This document shows positions 10,114 to 20,197 of a stretch of DNA of 64,000 bases, piece by piece; the stretch's first letter is position 1; each line of letters opens with the position of its first letter. This DNA is from Cyanobacteriota bacterium. GTDB taxonomy: Bacteria > Cyanobacteriota > Cyanobacteriia > Thermostichales > Thermostichaceae. A model generated the notes under the pieces. The model had not been told where the DNA came from. It saw only the letters and a program-made list of their open reading frames with translations, and did no database searches. The stretch covers positions 117,194-181,193 of the forward strand of contig JANRIL010000038.1 of the NCBI GenBank assembly GCA_033764955.1. The letters are read 5' to 3'. Position numbers and translations under genes: made by a program.

Positions 10114-11319
10114 ATGCCTCGTTTTTCCGACCGCTCTAAGCGTTCCTCCGGTCGATCCCATCGATCCAGTTCACGGGATCCCCAATTCCGCCCCCGTTCC
10201 CGCAACAATGGTGACGAGCAACCCAAGCGGCGAGACTTCTCGGAATCAGAAAACCAAGATCGTCCCTCCAGTTTTCGAGAAGGCAAACCGGAGCGGGAGG
10301 CACGCCCGCGCCGCCCCCTGCGGGTGGATCGCCCTCAACTCAAAAAACGCAGTGGTAACGGCACTTCTCAACGGGGAGAGAACCATACTTTTGTCGAGAA
10401 ATTTGAAAAACCTCAGGCAAAGCCAAAATTCCGCCCCAGCTCTTTCCCCCAGCCCGCTGCTCTCGATCCCGATGCTCCCACTCACGAGACCGGCGATGCG
10501 CCTGTGTCCACCCCAACCGAGTCGGAAGACAGCCATGATTTAATTTTTGGCAGACACCCAGTGTTGACGGCTCTCGAAAACCAGATGACCCTCAACCGCG
10601 TCTGGATCTTGCCCCAACTGCGCTACAACTCCAAGTTTCATACCCTGCTCGAAGAGGCCAAAAATCGAGGCACGGTGGTTGATGAGGTGAGTCCGCAGCG
10701 ACTGAGCCAGATCACCCACGGCGGCAACCATCAAGGGGTCGTGGCTCAGGGAACTCCCTACCAATATACCGAACTAGAAACCCTGGTCAGCCATGCCTTC
10801 GCTGCCACACCCCAGCCTGTGATTGTGGTGATTGATGGCATTCAGGATCCCCACAACCTCGGGGCGATTGCTCGGACTGCCGAAGCGATGGGGATGCAGG
10901 GCTTGGTCATCCCCCAGCGGCGAGCGGTTGGGGTTACCTCTAGTGTGCTAAAGGTGGCGGCGGGAGCCTTGATGACCCTACCCATCTCCCGGGTGACCAA
11001 CCTGAATCGAGCCGTCGAATATCTCAAAGAAAAAGGCTTTTGGGTCTATGGAGCCGACACCCACGGTCAACAGCCAATCTATGCCACTCCCTTTCAGGGG
11101 CCGATAGCGATTGTGATCGGAGCCGAAGGAGAGGGGATCAGCCTGCTCACCCAAAAACACTGTGATCTGATCCTATCGATCCCCCTGGTGGGCAGGACTG
11201 AAAGCCTGAATGCCTCGGTGGCAGCGGGCATTGTCCTCTACGAGATCACTCGGCAGCGTGCTCCCAAAAATCTGGAATTACGCAACAAAACAAACATAAA
11301 TCTTAGTGATTCGCAGTAA
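10114..11319 (+). CDS. rlmB: 23S rRNA (G2251-2'-O)-methyltransferase RlmB with long basic disordered N-terminus
   Basis: [42 protein letters not shown] (SpoU motifs); start chosen at ATG 10114. Confidence 0.93.
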   Translation: MPRFSDRSKRSSGRSHRSSSRDPQFRPRSRNNGDEQPKRRDFSESENQDRPSSFREGKPEREARPRRPLRVDRPQLKKRSGNGTSQRGENHTFVEKFEKPQAKPKFRPSSFPQPAALDPDAPTHETGDAPVSTPTESEDSHDLIFGRHPVLTALENQMTLNRVWILPQLRYNSKFHTLLEEAKNRGTVVDEVSPQRLSQITHGGNHQGVVAQGTPYQYTELETLVSHAFAATPQPVIVVIDGIQDPHNLGAIARTAEAMGMQGLVIPQRRAVGVTSSVLKVAAGALMTLPISRVTNLNRAVEYLKEKGFWVYGADTHGQQPIYATPFQGPIAIVIGAEGEGISLLTQKHCDLILSIPLVGRTESLNASVAAGIVLYEITRQRAPKNLELRNKTNINLSDSQ

Positions 11320-11386
11320 AATCAGACCAGGTTGATGCAGTTCTCGACATAACGCAGCTTACATCGGCAAACAGAGGTCGTTCACC

Positions 11387-11635
11387 ATGTTAAAGAATGC
11401 GCTGACAAGTCTTTGGGAAGGATTGGGTTTAGCCACCTGGATTGAAGTCACTACCAGTAAACCTGCTTGCACTTACTATTTTGGCCCTTTCTTAAATGAG
11501 GCGGAGGCTGAGCAGCACAAAGAGGGCTATCTGGCCGACCTGAAAGCCGAAGGAGCAGAAGGGATCCAGGCGGTCTTAAAGCAGTGCCGCAAGCCGGATT
11601 GCCTAACGGTGGAGCGCAGCGAGATGCGGGTTTAG
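11387..11635 (+). CDS. DUF1816 family protein
   Basis: WIEVTTSKPACTYYFGPF...GYLADLKAEGAEGI. Confidence 0.85.
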   Translation: MLKNALTSLWEGLGLATWIEVTTSKPACTYYFGPFLNEAEAEQHKEGYLADLKAEGAEGIQAVLKQCRKPDCLTVERSEMRV

Positions 11636-11699
11636 ACTGCTAGGGGAAAGATTGGTGTAAGCTAGTTCACTGACTTTGTTATTGTGGTTTGATTTCTCT

Positions 11700-12029
11700 A
11701 TGACCAGCCCCACCCATCAGGTTTGTTTGCGCTATCAAGGTCAAGAGTATCGCTTTAGGGCTAGCTCCCAGCAGACCGTTTTGGCGGCGGCTCTAGAGCA
11801 GGGGATCCCTTTGCCCTATTCCTGCCGGGCGGGGGTTTGCACTACCTGTGCGGGGCGACTCAGCCAAGGAACGGTGGCTCAAGAGGCGGCGATGGGCATC
11901 AGTCCTGATTTGCAAGAGCAGGGATACGTTTTATATTGTGTTGCCTATCCGATGTCTGATTTGGAGGGAGAGGCCGGACAGGAGGACGAAGTGTATGAGT
12001 TGCAGTTTGGTGCCGCCCACCGTTCCTGA
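11700..12029 (+). CDS. Plant-type 2Fe-2S ferredoxin
   Basis: PYSCRAGVCTTC...LYCVAYP; C-terminal EDEVYELQFG. Confidence 0.92.
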   Translation: MTSPTHQVCLRYQGQEYRFRASSQQTVLAAALEQGIPLPYSCRAGVCTTCAGRLSQGTVAQEAAMGISPDLQEQGYVLYCVAYPMSDLEGEAGQEDEVYELQFGAAHRS

Positions 12030-12030
12030 G

Positions 12031-12342
12031 ATGGGATCCCTCTCCTCACCGCCACAGGATCCCCTACCGGATCCGCTGCATCTGCACTTTTTGGTTGTCG
12101 AAATTCCCTTGCCGCGCCCCTTCCTGTTTTCAGTTGTGCAAGCGGATCTGCATCAGGCCATTCAGGAACAGTTGGGATCCTATCAGATGGTGCGTTGGGC
12201 GATCACCTCGGTTGCTGAGCCAACCCTGCCTGCCATCATTGAAGCAGTTGTCACCACTTTGTCTACCCATACAGAGGGAGATTTGCAGGGAAAGCGATCC
12301 GACGGGAACGCAAAAGGATCATCCCCACCCTTTCCTGCTTGA
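12031..12342 (+). CDS. Conserved hypothetical protein
   Basis: ATG 1 nt after ferredoxin stop; LHQAIQEQL...VRWAITSV...IEAVVT motif resembles small cyanobacterial proteins. Confidence 0.55.
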   Translation: MGSLSSPPQDPLPDPLHLHFLVVEIPLPRPFLFSVVQADLHQAIQEQLGSYQMVRWAITSVAEPTLPAIIEAVVTTLSTHTEGDLQGKRSDGNAKGSSPPFPA

Positions 12343-12378
12343 TTCGCCTCTGACTTTGATGGGTTACTCAGGCGTTAG

Positions 12379-12957
12379 ATGGAGAAGCTTTACTCCGTGG
12401 ATATCCAGTCGTCTGTATTTATCGCCACCAGTTTAGACGGCTATATTGCCCGCCTGGACGGATCCCTAGACTGGTTGGATCGGGCTAATCAAGCTGTGCC
12501 GCCTGGAGAAGACTTTGGCTATGCCGACTTTTTGAATTCGGTGGATATTTTGGTAATGGGCAGCCATAGCTTTGCCAAGGTGCTCAGTTTTGCAGAATGG
12601 CCTTACCCAACCAAACCCGTTGTGGTGCTGAGCCACCGTCCCCTTACCGTGCCCTCAACTCTGGCCACCTCCGTTCGTGTTTCGGCTCAATCTCCCGATG
12701 ACCTTGTGAAGGAACTCGCCCAACAGGGAGCCAAGCATCTCTATGTCGATGGAGGGCTGGTGATTCAGAGTTTTTTACGGGCGGGGTTGATCGATGAAAT
12801 CACGATCACCTTGATTCCCGTTTTGTTGGGAGCAGGCAAGCCGCTTTTTGGATCCTTGCCTCAAGATCTCCCCCTCCAGCATCTAGCCACTACAGTCTAT
12901 GACTGTGGTTTTGTGCAAAATAAGTATCACGTGATTCGCCCCCAGGGTATTGGCTAG
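12379..12957 (+). CDS. Dihydrofolate reductase / RibD C-terminal family protein
   Basis: FIATSLDGYIAR, LYVDGG, LIDEITITLIPVLLGAGKPLF. Confidence 0.9.
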   Translation: MEKLYSVDIQSSVFIATSLDGYIARLDGSLDWLDRANQAVPPGEDFGYADFLNSVDILVMGSHSFAKVLSFAEWPYPTKPVVVLSHRPLTVPSTLATSVRVSAQSPDDLVKELAQQGAKHLYVDGGLVIQSFLRAGLIDEITITLIPVLLGAGKPLFGSLPQDLPLQHLATTVYDCGFVQNKYHVIRPQGIG

Positions 12958-12973
12958 CCAAGAGAATCCTTCC

Positions 12974-13849
12974 CTAGGGTTGCTGTTTCATCCAGGTCAG
13001 ACAGCGCTGCATTTGTTGCTTCATGGTGCTTCGATCGGTGTAATAGCGTCGACCATGCCCCGGCAACACCCACGCAAAATCATAGGTGCTCAGCCTTTCC
13101 ATTGAGAGAGTCAAAGCTTTCCAGGAATACCAACAGGCGTCCCGAAAAGCATAGAGATGTCCTAGGCGCCCTGACCAAGCCAGGTGATCCCCACTAAAAA
13201 GGAACTGTTCGTTGTAGAGCAAAACGGTGTGCCCTTTGGTATGTCCCGGCACGGGCAGAATCGTTATATCGTCGGCTAGCTTGATGGGATCCGTTCCGGT
13301 CAATTGCCTTTCCACTTGCCGAGTCTCTGCCCGAATATCATCTTCATGCAGGATCCGCTCGCAACCAAAATGATCGTGAAAGGCTTGATGGTCAGCCACA
13401 TCATCCTGATGGGTGAGATATAGCCAACGGATCCCCCCCAATCCCTCCAACTTTTTGACCAAAGGAGCCGCAAACCGGGGGGAATCAATCAAAATATTGC
13501 CATCGGGTCGTTGAATAAAATAGCTAGCTGCCCCAAAGGATTTTTTGGAGTGAAACCCACAGTGATAAACCTGATCAGCAATGGACACAGGAAAGGTTTG
13601 CTGTACCGCTTGAATATCAGAAGGCGGTTCTGTGGTGCCAATGGAAGCCGTAGGGCAAGAGAGGAGAGCTTGTAGGGCATGAAGGCGCTCGGTTGGATTG
13701 CTAGGTTGGCGATAAACTGCCGATTGATCCGCAATTTCGCGGAATACTTCAGGAGCCATCCAGCGACAGGTATCACAATCAATACAAGACTGATCGACGT
13801 AGAGATCTCCAGCTACATTTTCAGAGCGGCGTTGATTGAGATGAGCCAT
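12974..13849 (-). CDS. MBL-fold metallo-hydrolase with N-terminal ferredoxin-like domain
   Basis: CIDCDTCR...CP; THQDDVADH, PGHTKGH, FSGDH, LPGHG. Confidence 0.88.
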   Translation of the reverse strand: MAHLNQRRSENVAGDLYVDQSCIDCDTCRWMAPEVFREIADQSAVYRQPSNPTERLHALQALLSCPTASIGTTEPPSDIQAVQQTFPVSIADQVYHCGFHSKKSFGAASYFIQRPDGNILIDSPRFAAPLVKKLEGLGGIRWLYLTHQDDVADHQAFHDHFGCERILHEDDIRAETRQVERQLTGTDPIKLADDITILPVPGHTKGHTVLLYNEQFLFSGDHLAWSGRLGHLYAFRDACWYSWKALTLSMERLSTYDFAWVLPGHGRRYYTDRSTMKQQMQRCLTWMKQQP

Positions 13850-14013
13850 ACTGAGAAGTTCCCGATTGCTCCCATGTCATCAGATCTTAACTCAGATGGT
13901 TCTGCCAGCGGAGTCTCTCCGGGATCCCCGTCTTCCTGTCACAGGTGCAGCGCTACCGGCAGATGGAAGCAGGATAAGGGATCCCTGGAGGGATGAGTCC
14001 AGAGAGGGATAGC

Positions 14014-14580
14014 TTAAGGATTGCCCACCGGAATCAAAAATTCGTGGATGGGGGCGATCATGCGATAGGGTGTGGTGTTGACAATGGGCTGCACCATTCC
14101 CCCATTAGAAGAGGGGCTAGTGGGTCGCAGCAAATAGCGAATGACTTGATCGCCTCGATAAAAGGTTACGGAATAGTGATCTCCCTGCTGCTCAATCTGC
14201 CAAGTTCCTTCTCCGTTGTTGATGGTGGCGGATCCCCCTGCAAAGGGAGCATCTAATGTCGGCCCAGAGCGAGTCCGAATGCGACCTTGCTGCAACTCTA
14301 GAACCAGCTGCACGGTTGCCCCCTGTCCATGTCCACTCAAAATCTGACCGGTGCCGCTCCACACCCCTGCCGGAGACTGACACCAAGCTGGCAAGGGATC
14401 CCCCAACTGGAGAAGGAGCGCCATCAGACCCGACCAGGGAATCCATAACCCAGAGAGGCTAGGTTTCGGGTATGGCGACTGCGCGTCACGAGCAAACTTG
14501 ACAAGGGAACCCATAACCATCACAAGAAAGAACTCACGATTCACAAGCCAATTCTGGGCAAATAACCCATTTCTACCCAT
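14014..14580 (-). CDS. Hypothetical, probably secreted beta-rich protein
   Basis: Signal-like segment ending PAWCQ, then Gly-rich beta-strand pattern; start uncertain. Confidence 0.55.
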   Translation of the reverse strand: MGRNGLFAQNWLVNREFFLVMVMGSLVKFARDAQSPYPKPSLSGLWIPWSGLMALLLQLGDPLPAWCQSPAGVWSGTGQILSGHGQGATVQLVLELQQGRIRTRSGPTLDAPFAGGSATINNGEGTWQIEQQGDHYSVTFYRGDQVIRYLLRPTSPSSNGGMVQPIVNTTPYRMIAPIHEFLIPVGNP

Positions 14581-14751
14581 CTTTATAGAACCCCAGATGG
14601 TTGTGATCTCTACTCTAGGTAATTCAAATGTATCGTGACAGGAGCCTACACCCAGAGGGGTTTACGGCAACGCGCAAGCCAAAAGCAGGAGAGACGGGTC
14701 TCCCAAGCTGCTCACGAAAATCTCGATAGTTAGACTAGCATAGGGCTGGAG

Positions 14752-15885
14752 TTAGAGACCCGCGGCGGATCCCTCGTCCGAAGCAGCTAGCACAAGGGTT
14801 TGAGGAGGAGGGGAGGAGTGGCGCACTTCCCGCAGAGCATCCGCCGTCACCTTAATAAAACTGGCTAGGGGAACAGCAAGCAATAAACCCAAGACGCCAG
14901 CTAGTTTAGCTCCGACCAAAAGGGATAACAAAATCCAGACGGGATTGAGTCCTGTGATACCTCCCAATAGGCGAGGGGCAACGATATTGTCATTCACTTG
15001 ACCAATCAAGATAGAAACGATCAGAACCTTGATACCCAGCCAAAAGTTTTGTAAGGTTACTAACAAACTGACAAAAATAATACTAAAGACTCCCCCAAAA
15101 GGGATAATACTTAGCCCACCGATACCGATGCCGAATAACAGACCAAAAGGTACGCCCAAAACTAAAAAAGCAATCGTGATGGCGGATCCTAGCACAGCCG
15201 CTAAAATCGCTTGTCCGGTGAAATAATTATGAAAATTTTGATGGAGAGATTGCCGAAGTGTTTGATCCCAGGGAGAGGGTAACCAAGCAAAAATACCTTG
15301 CCAAAGCTGCTCACCACTTAAAATTAAATAAAAGGTAAGCACTAGAGTCAGAAATAAATTGACAAAGCCACCTATTGTATCAAAGGCAAAAGTTAGTAAA
15401 CTACTAGTTAGAGTTTGTAATTGGGTGGAAAGACGGTCGGTAATCTGAATAGCTAAATTACTGATGTCAATTGACCATTCTTGAGCATTCGTCCAACTGG
15501 CAAATGCCTGGAGTTGCTGGGCTCCTGATTCAATCCAGCCGGGGAGTCGGTTGATCAGTTCACTCAGTTGTCCCAAAATAATTGGAATCAGTAGGATCCC
15601 TAAGACGGTAAAAATAACAATCGCCAGTAATAAAACCCAAACCACTGCTCTTGTCCGCTTCACTCCAAGTTTTTGGAGAAATTTAACGGGATAATCGAGG
15701 ACGAAGGAGAGTAAAATGGCGGTGATAGTGACACCAAACAAAGGTCGAAAATATTGAATCAATGATAATAATAGCCATCCATTCAAAAAAAAGAGCGGAA
15801 AGGCTAAACTTAGAGAAAGCCAACGTGGCATCTGATTCAAAGATTTAAGCATGATAATCATCCCAAGGCAGTCAGTTACGAGCAC
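14752..15885 (-). CDS. AI-2E family transporter
   Basis: Multi-TM; LSFVLDYPV, NIVAPRLLGGITGLNPVW, GLLLAVPLAS; start may be ATG 15852. Confidence 0.9.
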   Translation of the reverse strand: MLVTDCLGMIIMLKSLNQMPRWLSLSLAFPLFFLNGWLLLSLIQYFRPLFGVTITAILLSFVLDYPVKFLQKLGVKRTRAVVWVLLLAIVIFTVLGILLIPIILGQLSELINRLPGWIESGAQQLQAFASWTNAQEWSIDISNLAIQITDRLSTQLQTLTSSLLTFAFDTIGGFVNLFLTLVLTFYLILSGEQLWQGIFAWLPSPWDQTLRQSLHQNFHNYFTGQAILAAVLGSAITIAFLVLGVPFGLLFGIGIGGLSIIPFGGVFSIIFVSLLVTLQNFWLGIKVLIVSILIGQVNDNIVAPRLLGGITGLNPVWILLSLLVGAKLAGVLGLLLAVPLASFIKVTADALREVRHSSPPPQTLVLAASDEGSAAGL

Positions 15886-15898
15886 GTATGGCCAGAGT

Positions 15899-17716
15899 TT
15901 ATAGCGAGGTGGGGGCGCTAATCCCCAAGATACCTGTCAAAAGATTGTAGAGAACTTGGCGAGTAGCTTCCACTAGCACCAGTCTCGCCTTGGCTAAATC
16001 AAGGGTTTCTGGTGATTGAAAAAGGGGCAAGAGTCGGCAATTATCATAAAACTTGTTAAAATCGCTAGCTACTGATTCTGTGTAGCGAATCACTTTATGG
16101 GGAGCCCGCTCTTGAGCAGCAATTTTTAGTTCATCAGGTAGAGCTAGGAGTTTTAAGAGTAAGGTTCGTTCCTCTGGCTGTTCATACCACAACTGATTTT
16201 GCTGGTTGAGCAGAGAAGGGATCCCTTGGCTAGGATCCTGAAGATCAATCTGTTCTTCCTCAGCGATTCTGCGTAAGAGTGTGCAGCAACGGGCATGGCT
16301 ATAGTGAACATAAACGACAGGATTATCAAAAGTTTTTTTGACGGCTAGATCAAGATCAAAGTTAATAGGAGAATCCATTGAGTTACTTAATAAAAACCAA
16401 CGGGCAGCATCAACTCCTACTCCTATTTCGGAATCCTCCATCAGGTCATTAATGGAGACAAAATTCCCCGTTCGCTTTGACATTCTGACCTCAGTTTTTT
16501 CTCCTCTAGTGGGATCTAGGCGAAACAGTTTAACAAATTGCCCAATGATAATCTCTAGCTTGACATTTAAGCTGAAAGCCCCGACAGCAGCATGTAAACG
16601 ACCCATATAGCCGTGGTGATCGGATCCCAGAATATTGATTAAACGGTCATAACCTCGTCGTACTTTATCCCGATGGTAAGCAATATCTGCGGCTAAATAG
16701 GTAGTTGTGCCATCAGTTTTTTGAATAACTCTATCTTTGTCATCCCCAAATTCGGCAGTCTTAAAAAAAATTGCTTCTTCAGCATCAGGTTTTGCCTCTT
16801 CTCCACGGGGAGCCTTGGCTCGATAAAGATAACCATTTTGGGAGAGTTCTTGAATGGATTGAGCAATAGCACTCACTCCGGTTTCTGGATCGATTTGGTG
16901 AAGCCATCGCTCACTAAACCATTGCTCAAATTCAGTATGAAACTGTTTGAGAGTTGTTTGCTGCCAATGGAGCATTTTCTGATAGGCGTAATCAGTAAAT
17001 TCAGCTAAAGTAGTGGGCATTTTTTCCTGTCCTGACTGTACTTGATCAAGAAGTGTTTGAGCTAATTCGATCAGATAGGAACCGTGATAGGAATCGGGGG
17101 GTAATTCTGTGGGGATCCCTTGTAGTTGTTGGACTCGGATTTGCAGGGTTTGCCCCAAGATTTGCATTTGATTGCCAGCATCGTTGATATAAAACTCACG
17201 ATCCACCGAATGACCTGTCCAACGAAATAAGTTAGCAAGGGTTGAACCTACTGCTGCCCAACGTCCATGCCCAACATGCAGAGGGCCAGTCGGGTTGGCG
17301 GAAACAAATTCAATCAAAATCTTTTCAGGCGGATTGGCTTGGGTTTGGCCAAAGTGGTTACCCAGTGCTATTAATTGCTGGAGTTGCTCGGCTAAAAACG
17401 GATCCCCCAAGCGAAAGTTAATAAAGCCGGCTCCAGCAACTGTAGCGGTTACGTTATCCAAAGCAAACTCGGCAACAATAGCCTTAGCAATGGATGAGGG
17501 GGATAGTCGACAAGTTTTTGCCATGCTCAGCGCCGAGGGAGAAGCATAATCTCCGTAGCTCAAATCATTGGGTATTTGGATAAGCAGATTGAGACTGGGT
17601 ACTTGTTCTGGGGTTAAGGCTCCTAGCTGCTTGTTTTCGCTTGCTCTCCTAATGGCGGCTTGTAGAGCGGTGGATAAAAGCTGAGTGATGGGAACCGAGG
17701 TATTCGGTGGCTGCAT
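15899..17716 (-). CDS. argS: Arginine--tRNA ligase
   Basis: [15 protein letters not shown] (HIGH), [16 protein letters not shown] (KMSKS), [12 protein letters not shown] anticodon domain. Confidence 0.97.
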   Translation of the reverse strand: MQPPNTSVPITQLLSTALQAAIRRASENKQLGALTPEQVPSLNLLIQIPNDLSYGDYASPSALSMAKTCRLSPSSIAKAIVAEFALDNVTATVAGAGFINFRLGDPFLAEQLQQLIALGNHFGQTQANPPEKILIEFVSANPTGPLHVGHGRWAAVGSTLANLFRWTGHSVDREFYINDAGNQMQILGQTLQIRVQQLQGIPTELPPDSYHGSYLIELAQTLLDQVQSGQEKMPTTLAEFTDYAYQKMLHWQQTTLKQFHTEFEQWFSERWLHQIDPETGVSAIAQSIQELSQNGYLYRAKAPRGEEAKPDAEEAIFFKTAEFGDDKDRVIQKTDGTTTYLAADIAYHRDKVRRGYDRLINILGSDHHGYMGRLHAAVGAFSLNVKLEIIIGQFVKLFRLDPTRGEKTEVRMSKRTGNFVSINDLMEDSEIGVGVDAARWFLLSNSMDSPINFDLDLAVKKTFDNPVVYVHYSHARCCTLLRRIAEEEQIDLQDPSQGIPSLLNQQNQLWYEQPEERTLLLKLLALPDELKIAAQERAPHKVIRYTESVASDFNKFYDNCRLLPLFQSPETLDLAKARLVLVEATRQVLYNLLTGILGISAPTSL

Positions 17717-17811
17717 AGAAGGATAACTAGGTGAGATCTCAGTATGGCATTGCTAGACTAAAGCTGGTGCCAACCCATGCCAAACTATGTGGAGTGCTGA
17801 GCAACTCAGTC

Positions 17812-19200
17812 ATGACTCATGAAAAATTTCATCAATCTTTACTGAAGTATTTGGAAGATAATTCTTCAACAGTTTGTCAAGATAGCGAAATCTTATCCTC
17901 CAATTTGGCTCAGCTATTGGCGTGGGGGATAGGCCAGTTATCCAATGAAGACTTTTTTTGTCAGATTGGGATGACTAATATCGATACTACGTTATCAGTC
18001 TTAAAATCTTTTCCTGAGCAAATTGCTTTGATTATTATCGATCCCTATGATCAAGCCCACGATCAGGCGAGGGATCCCTCTCCGCCACAGGAAAAGCTAG
18101 CAAAAACAGTTCAAGAAAAAATCTCTAACTTAGGGCTTGAAGAACGAGTTTTTGTTTGTACTGAAGAAGTCGCTAGCGTGCTTGAGTCAGTTCAGCAGCT
18201 TTTTAGTCAATCATCCATCGGATGCTTCTATTACAGTCTGCTAGTGGACTATCGAACCCAGTCCCTTCATTTTGCTCTACTAAAAACCTATCTTGCTGAT
18301 CCATCCATTTGTTTTATCGATCACACTATTTGGGGATCCGTTCGTCAAGCTAATCTAGACTTACTGGTATTACATACAGGCTTTCATTTTCAACATTCCT
18401 TTCCGCACTTGAGTCAGATGTTGGAATTATGGATATGGGAACAAGAAAGTGGTGAATTGACCGATCATGACCTGACTCACTTACATCAATCTGCTCAGGG
18501 ATCCCTGCTATCGGCTAGCCCCAGCCACCTCACTTTTGCTCAACCTAATCCACCATCACCGATTCCGTATGAATATTTTCCCTGTCGATTTATCCGTTAT
18601 GATAATTTTTTATCCATCGAACTTAACCAACTTATCCTCAATCATGCTATACAGCAACAAGATCTTTTTATTGAATCGAAGAGTTACAGCACAACTTATA
18701 AAGAATCTGATCAACTGCGTCGATCCAGTCGATTAGGAGCAGCTCACTTTCAGGGAATTGCATCTCAGATGCGGGAAAAAATTGCTGCAGTTGCCTCGGA
18801 GATTTTTGAGAAGCTCAAGATCGAGAATTTTGATATTCAGATTTTTGAGGTTGAAATGGTAGCTAGCTATAATGGTTGTTTTTTTGCTGTTCATGCTGAC
18901 AACTCACATCCAAAAACATCCTATCGCCAAGTTAGCTGTGTCTATTATTTTCATCGGGATCCCAAACCTTTTCTGGGTGGAAACTTACGCATCTATGATA
19001 CTCAGCGTCAGCAGCAATCAGCACCCGTGATTTATGGTGCATTTGATGAGATTGAACCCACTAACAATAGTATGGTATTTTTTGCCAGTAGTTGTCTGCA
19101 TGAAATTTTGCCTGTTTTCTCTCCATCGGGTGATTTTACTGACAGTCGATTCACAATCAATACTTGGTTAGGTTGCAAGTCTTTCATGAGCGCAGTATGA
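17812..19200 (+). CDS. 2OG-Fe(II) dioxygenase (prolyl-4-hydroxylase-like) fused to a degenerate class I methyltransferase-like domain
   Basis: C-terminal HAD...HE...RFT facial triad and 2OG-binding Arg; N-terminal Rossmann-like pattern with eroded SAM motifs. Confidence 0.75.
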   Translation: MTHEKFHQSLLKYLEDNSSTVCQDSEILSSNLAQLLAWGIGQLSNEDFFCQIGMTNIDTTLSVLKSFPEQIALIIIDPYDQAHDQARDPSPPQEKLAKTVQEKISNLGLEERVFVCTEEVASVLESVQQLFSQSSIGCFYYSLLVDYRTQSLHFALLKTYLADPSICFIDHTIWGSVRQANLDLLVLHTGFHFQHSFPHLSQMLELWIWEQESGELTDHDLTHLHQSAQGSLLSASPSHLTFAQPNPPSPIPYEYFPCRFIRYDNFLSIELNQLILNHAIQQQDLFIESKSYSTTYKESDQLRRSSRLGAAHFQGIASQMREKIAAVASEIFEKLKIENFDIQIFEVEMVASYNGCFFAVHADNSHPKTSYRQVSCVYYFHRDPKPFLGGNLRIYDTQRQQQSAPVIYGAFDEIEPTNNSMVFFASSCLHEILPVFSPSGDFTDSRFTINTWLGCKSFMSAV

Positions 19201-19519
19201 AACTTATGATTGATTTGCTTGAAAAAGAAAAATTATCAGGAGGGATACTGACGAATGAATCTCATCAATATTGATATCTACTCCTCCATACATTCTGTTT
19301 TTTTGATGGTTTTATTCAAGTAATGGTTATCAAATACCAGGGTGTTTTACGGGCTTAGCTTATTGAGAATGAATAACCTGGAGTAGGGGTTTTAGGTTTC
19401 ATCTATTCTCAATAAACATCCTTCTGAATTTGTCAGCATTACCTCTAGGACACTACCAAAAATCTAAATATTTGCCTGTTACTGCCAAGATGGTGTCGGG
19501 AGAGTATCTATTCTTGTCT

Positions 19520-20197
19520 ATGCGGATCCTGTTGGTAGAAGATGACCCTGATCTCGCTCATGCCCTAAAAGCAGCCCTGACGGATGCAGGCTATGTGGTG
19601 GATCTGACCCTGGATGGAGAAGCAGCCTGGATCCTGCTGAGTGAGGATCCCATGGCCTATAACGTGGCCATTGTGGATTGGATGTTGCCAGGGATCCCAG
19701 GATTAGATCTGTGCCGCCAACTGAGAGGAAAAGGGATCCCGTTACCCATTTTGATGCTGACGGCCAAAGATCACATGCAAGACAAAGTGACAGGATTAGA
19801 TGCCGGAGCCGATGATTACCTGATCAAGCCTTTTGATTTGCCAGAATTATTAGCCAGACTGAGAGCGCTACTGCGTCGCCCATTGCCCATGCAGCCGCGT
19901 GTTTGGCAGGTGGGAAATCTGATCCTCAACTACGACACCTACACGGTGCAGTATCACGATCACATCGCCAGCCTGACTCAAAAAGAATGTCAACTGTTGG
20001 AATACTTTATGCAACATCCCAACCAAGTTTTGACCAGTGAACAGATCCGGCGACGGCTGTGGGAAACGGGAGAGTCCCCAGTCAGTAATATTGTGGCGGC
20101 CCAGGTGAGACTCCTACGGCGGAAGTTGGGATCTGGATCAGAGACCCCCATTGAAACGGTGTTTGGCGTGGGCTATCGCCTACGGATCGATCCATGA
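19520..20197 (+). CDS. rppA: OmpR-family response regulator (RppA/NrsR-like)
   Basis: MRILLVEDD, DWMLPG, LTAKD, SNIVAAQVRLLRRKL, ETVFGVGYR. Confidence 0.8.
   Translation: MRILLVEDDPDLAHALKAALTDAGYVVDLTLDGEAAWILLSEDPMAYNVAIVDWMLPGIPGLDLCRQLRGKGIPLPILMLTAKDHMQDKVTGLDAGADDYLIKPFDLPELLARLRALLRRPLPMQPRVWQVGNLILNYDTYTVQYHDHIASLTQKECQLLEYFMQHPNQVLTSEQIRRRLWETGESPVSNIVAAQVRLLRRKLGSGSETPIETVFGVGYRLRIDP

Noticed and set aside
9736..10543. Long alternative ORFs (261 aa plus, 141 aa minus) across mrnC/rlmB
   Set aside because: They overlap two motif-supported genes and have no recognisable domain
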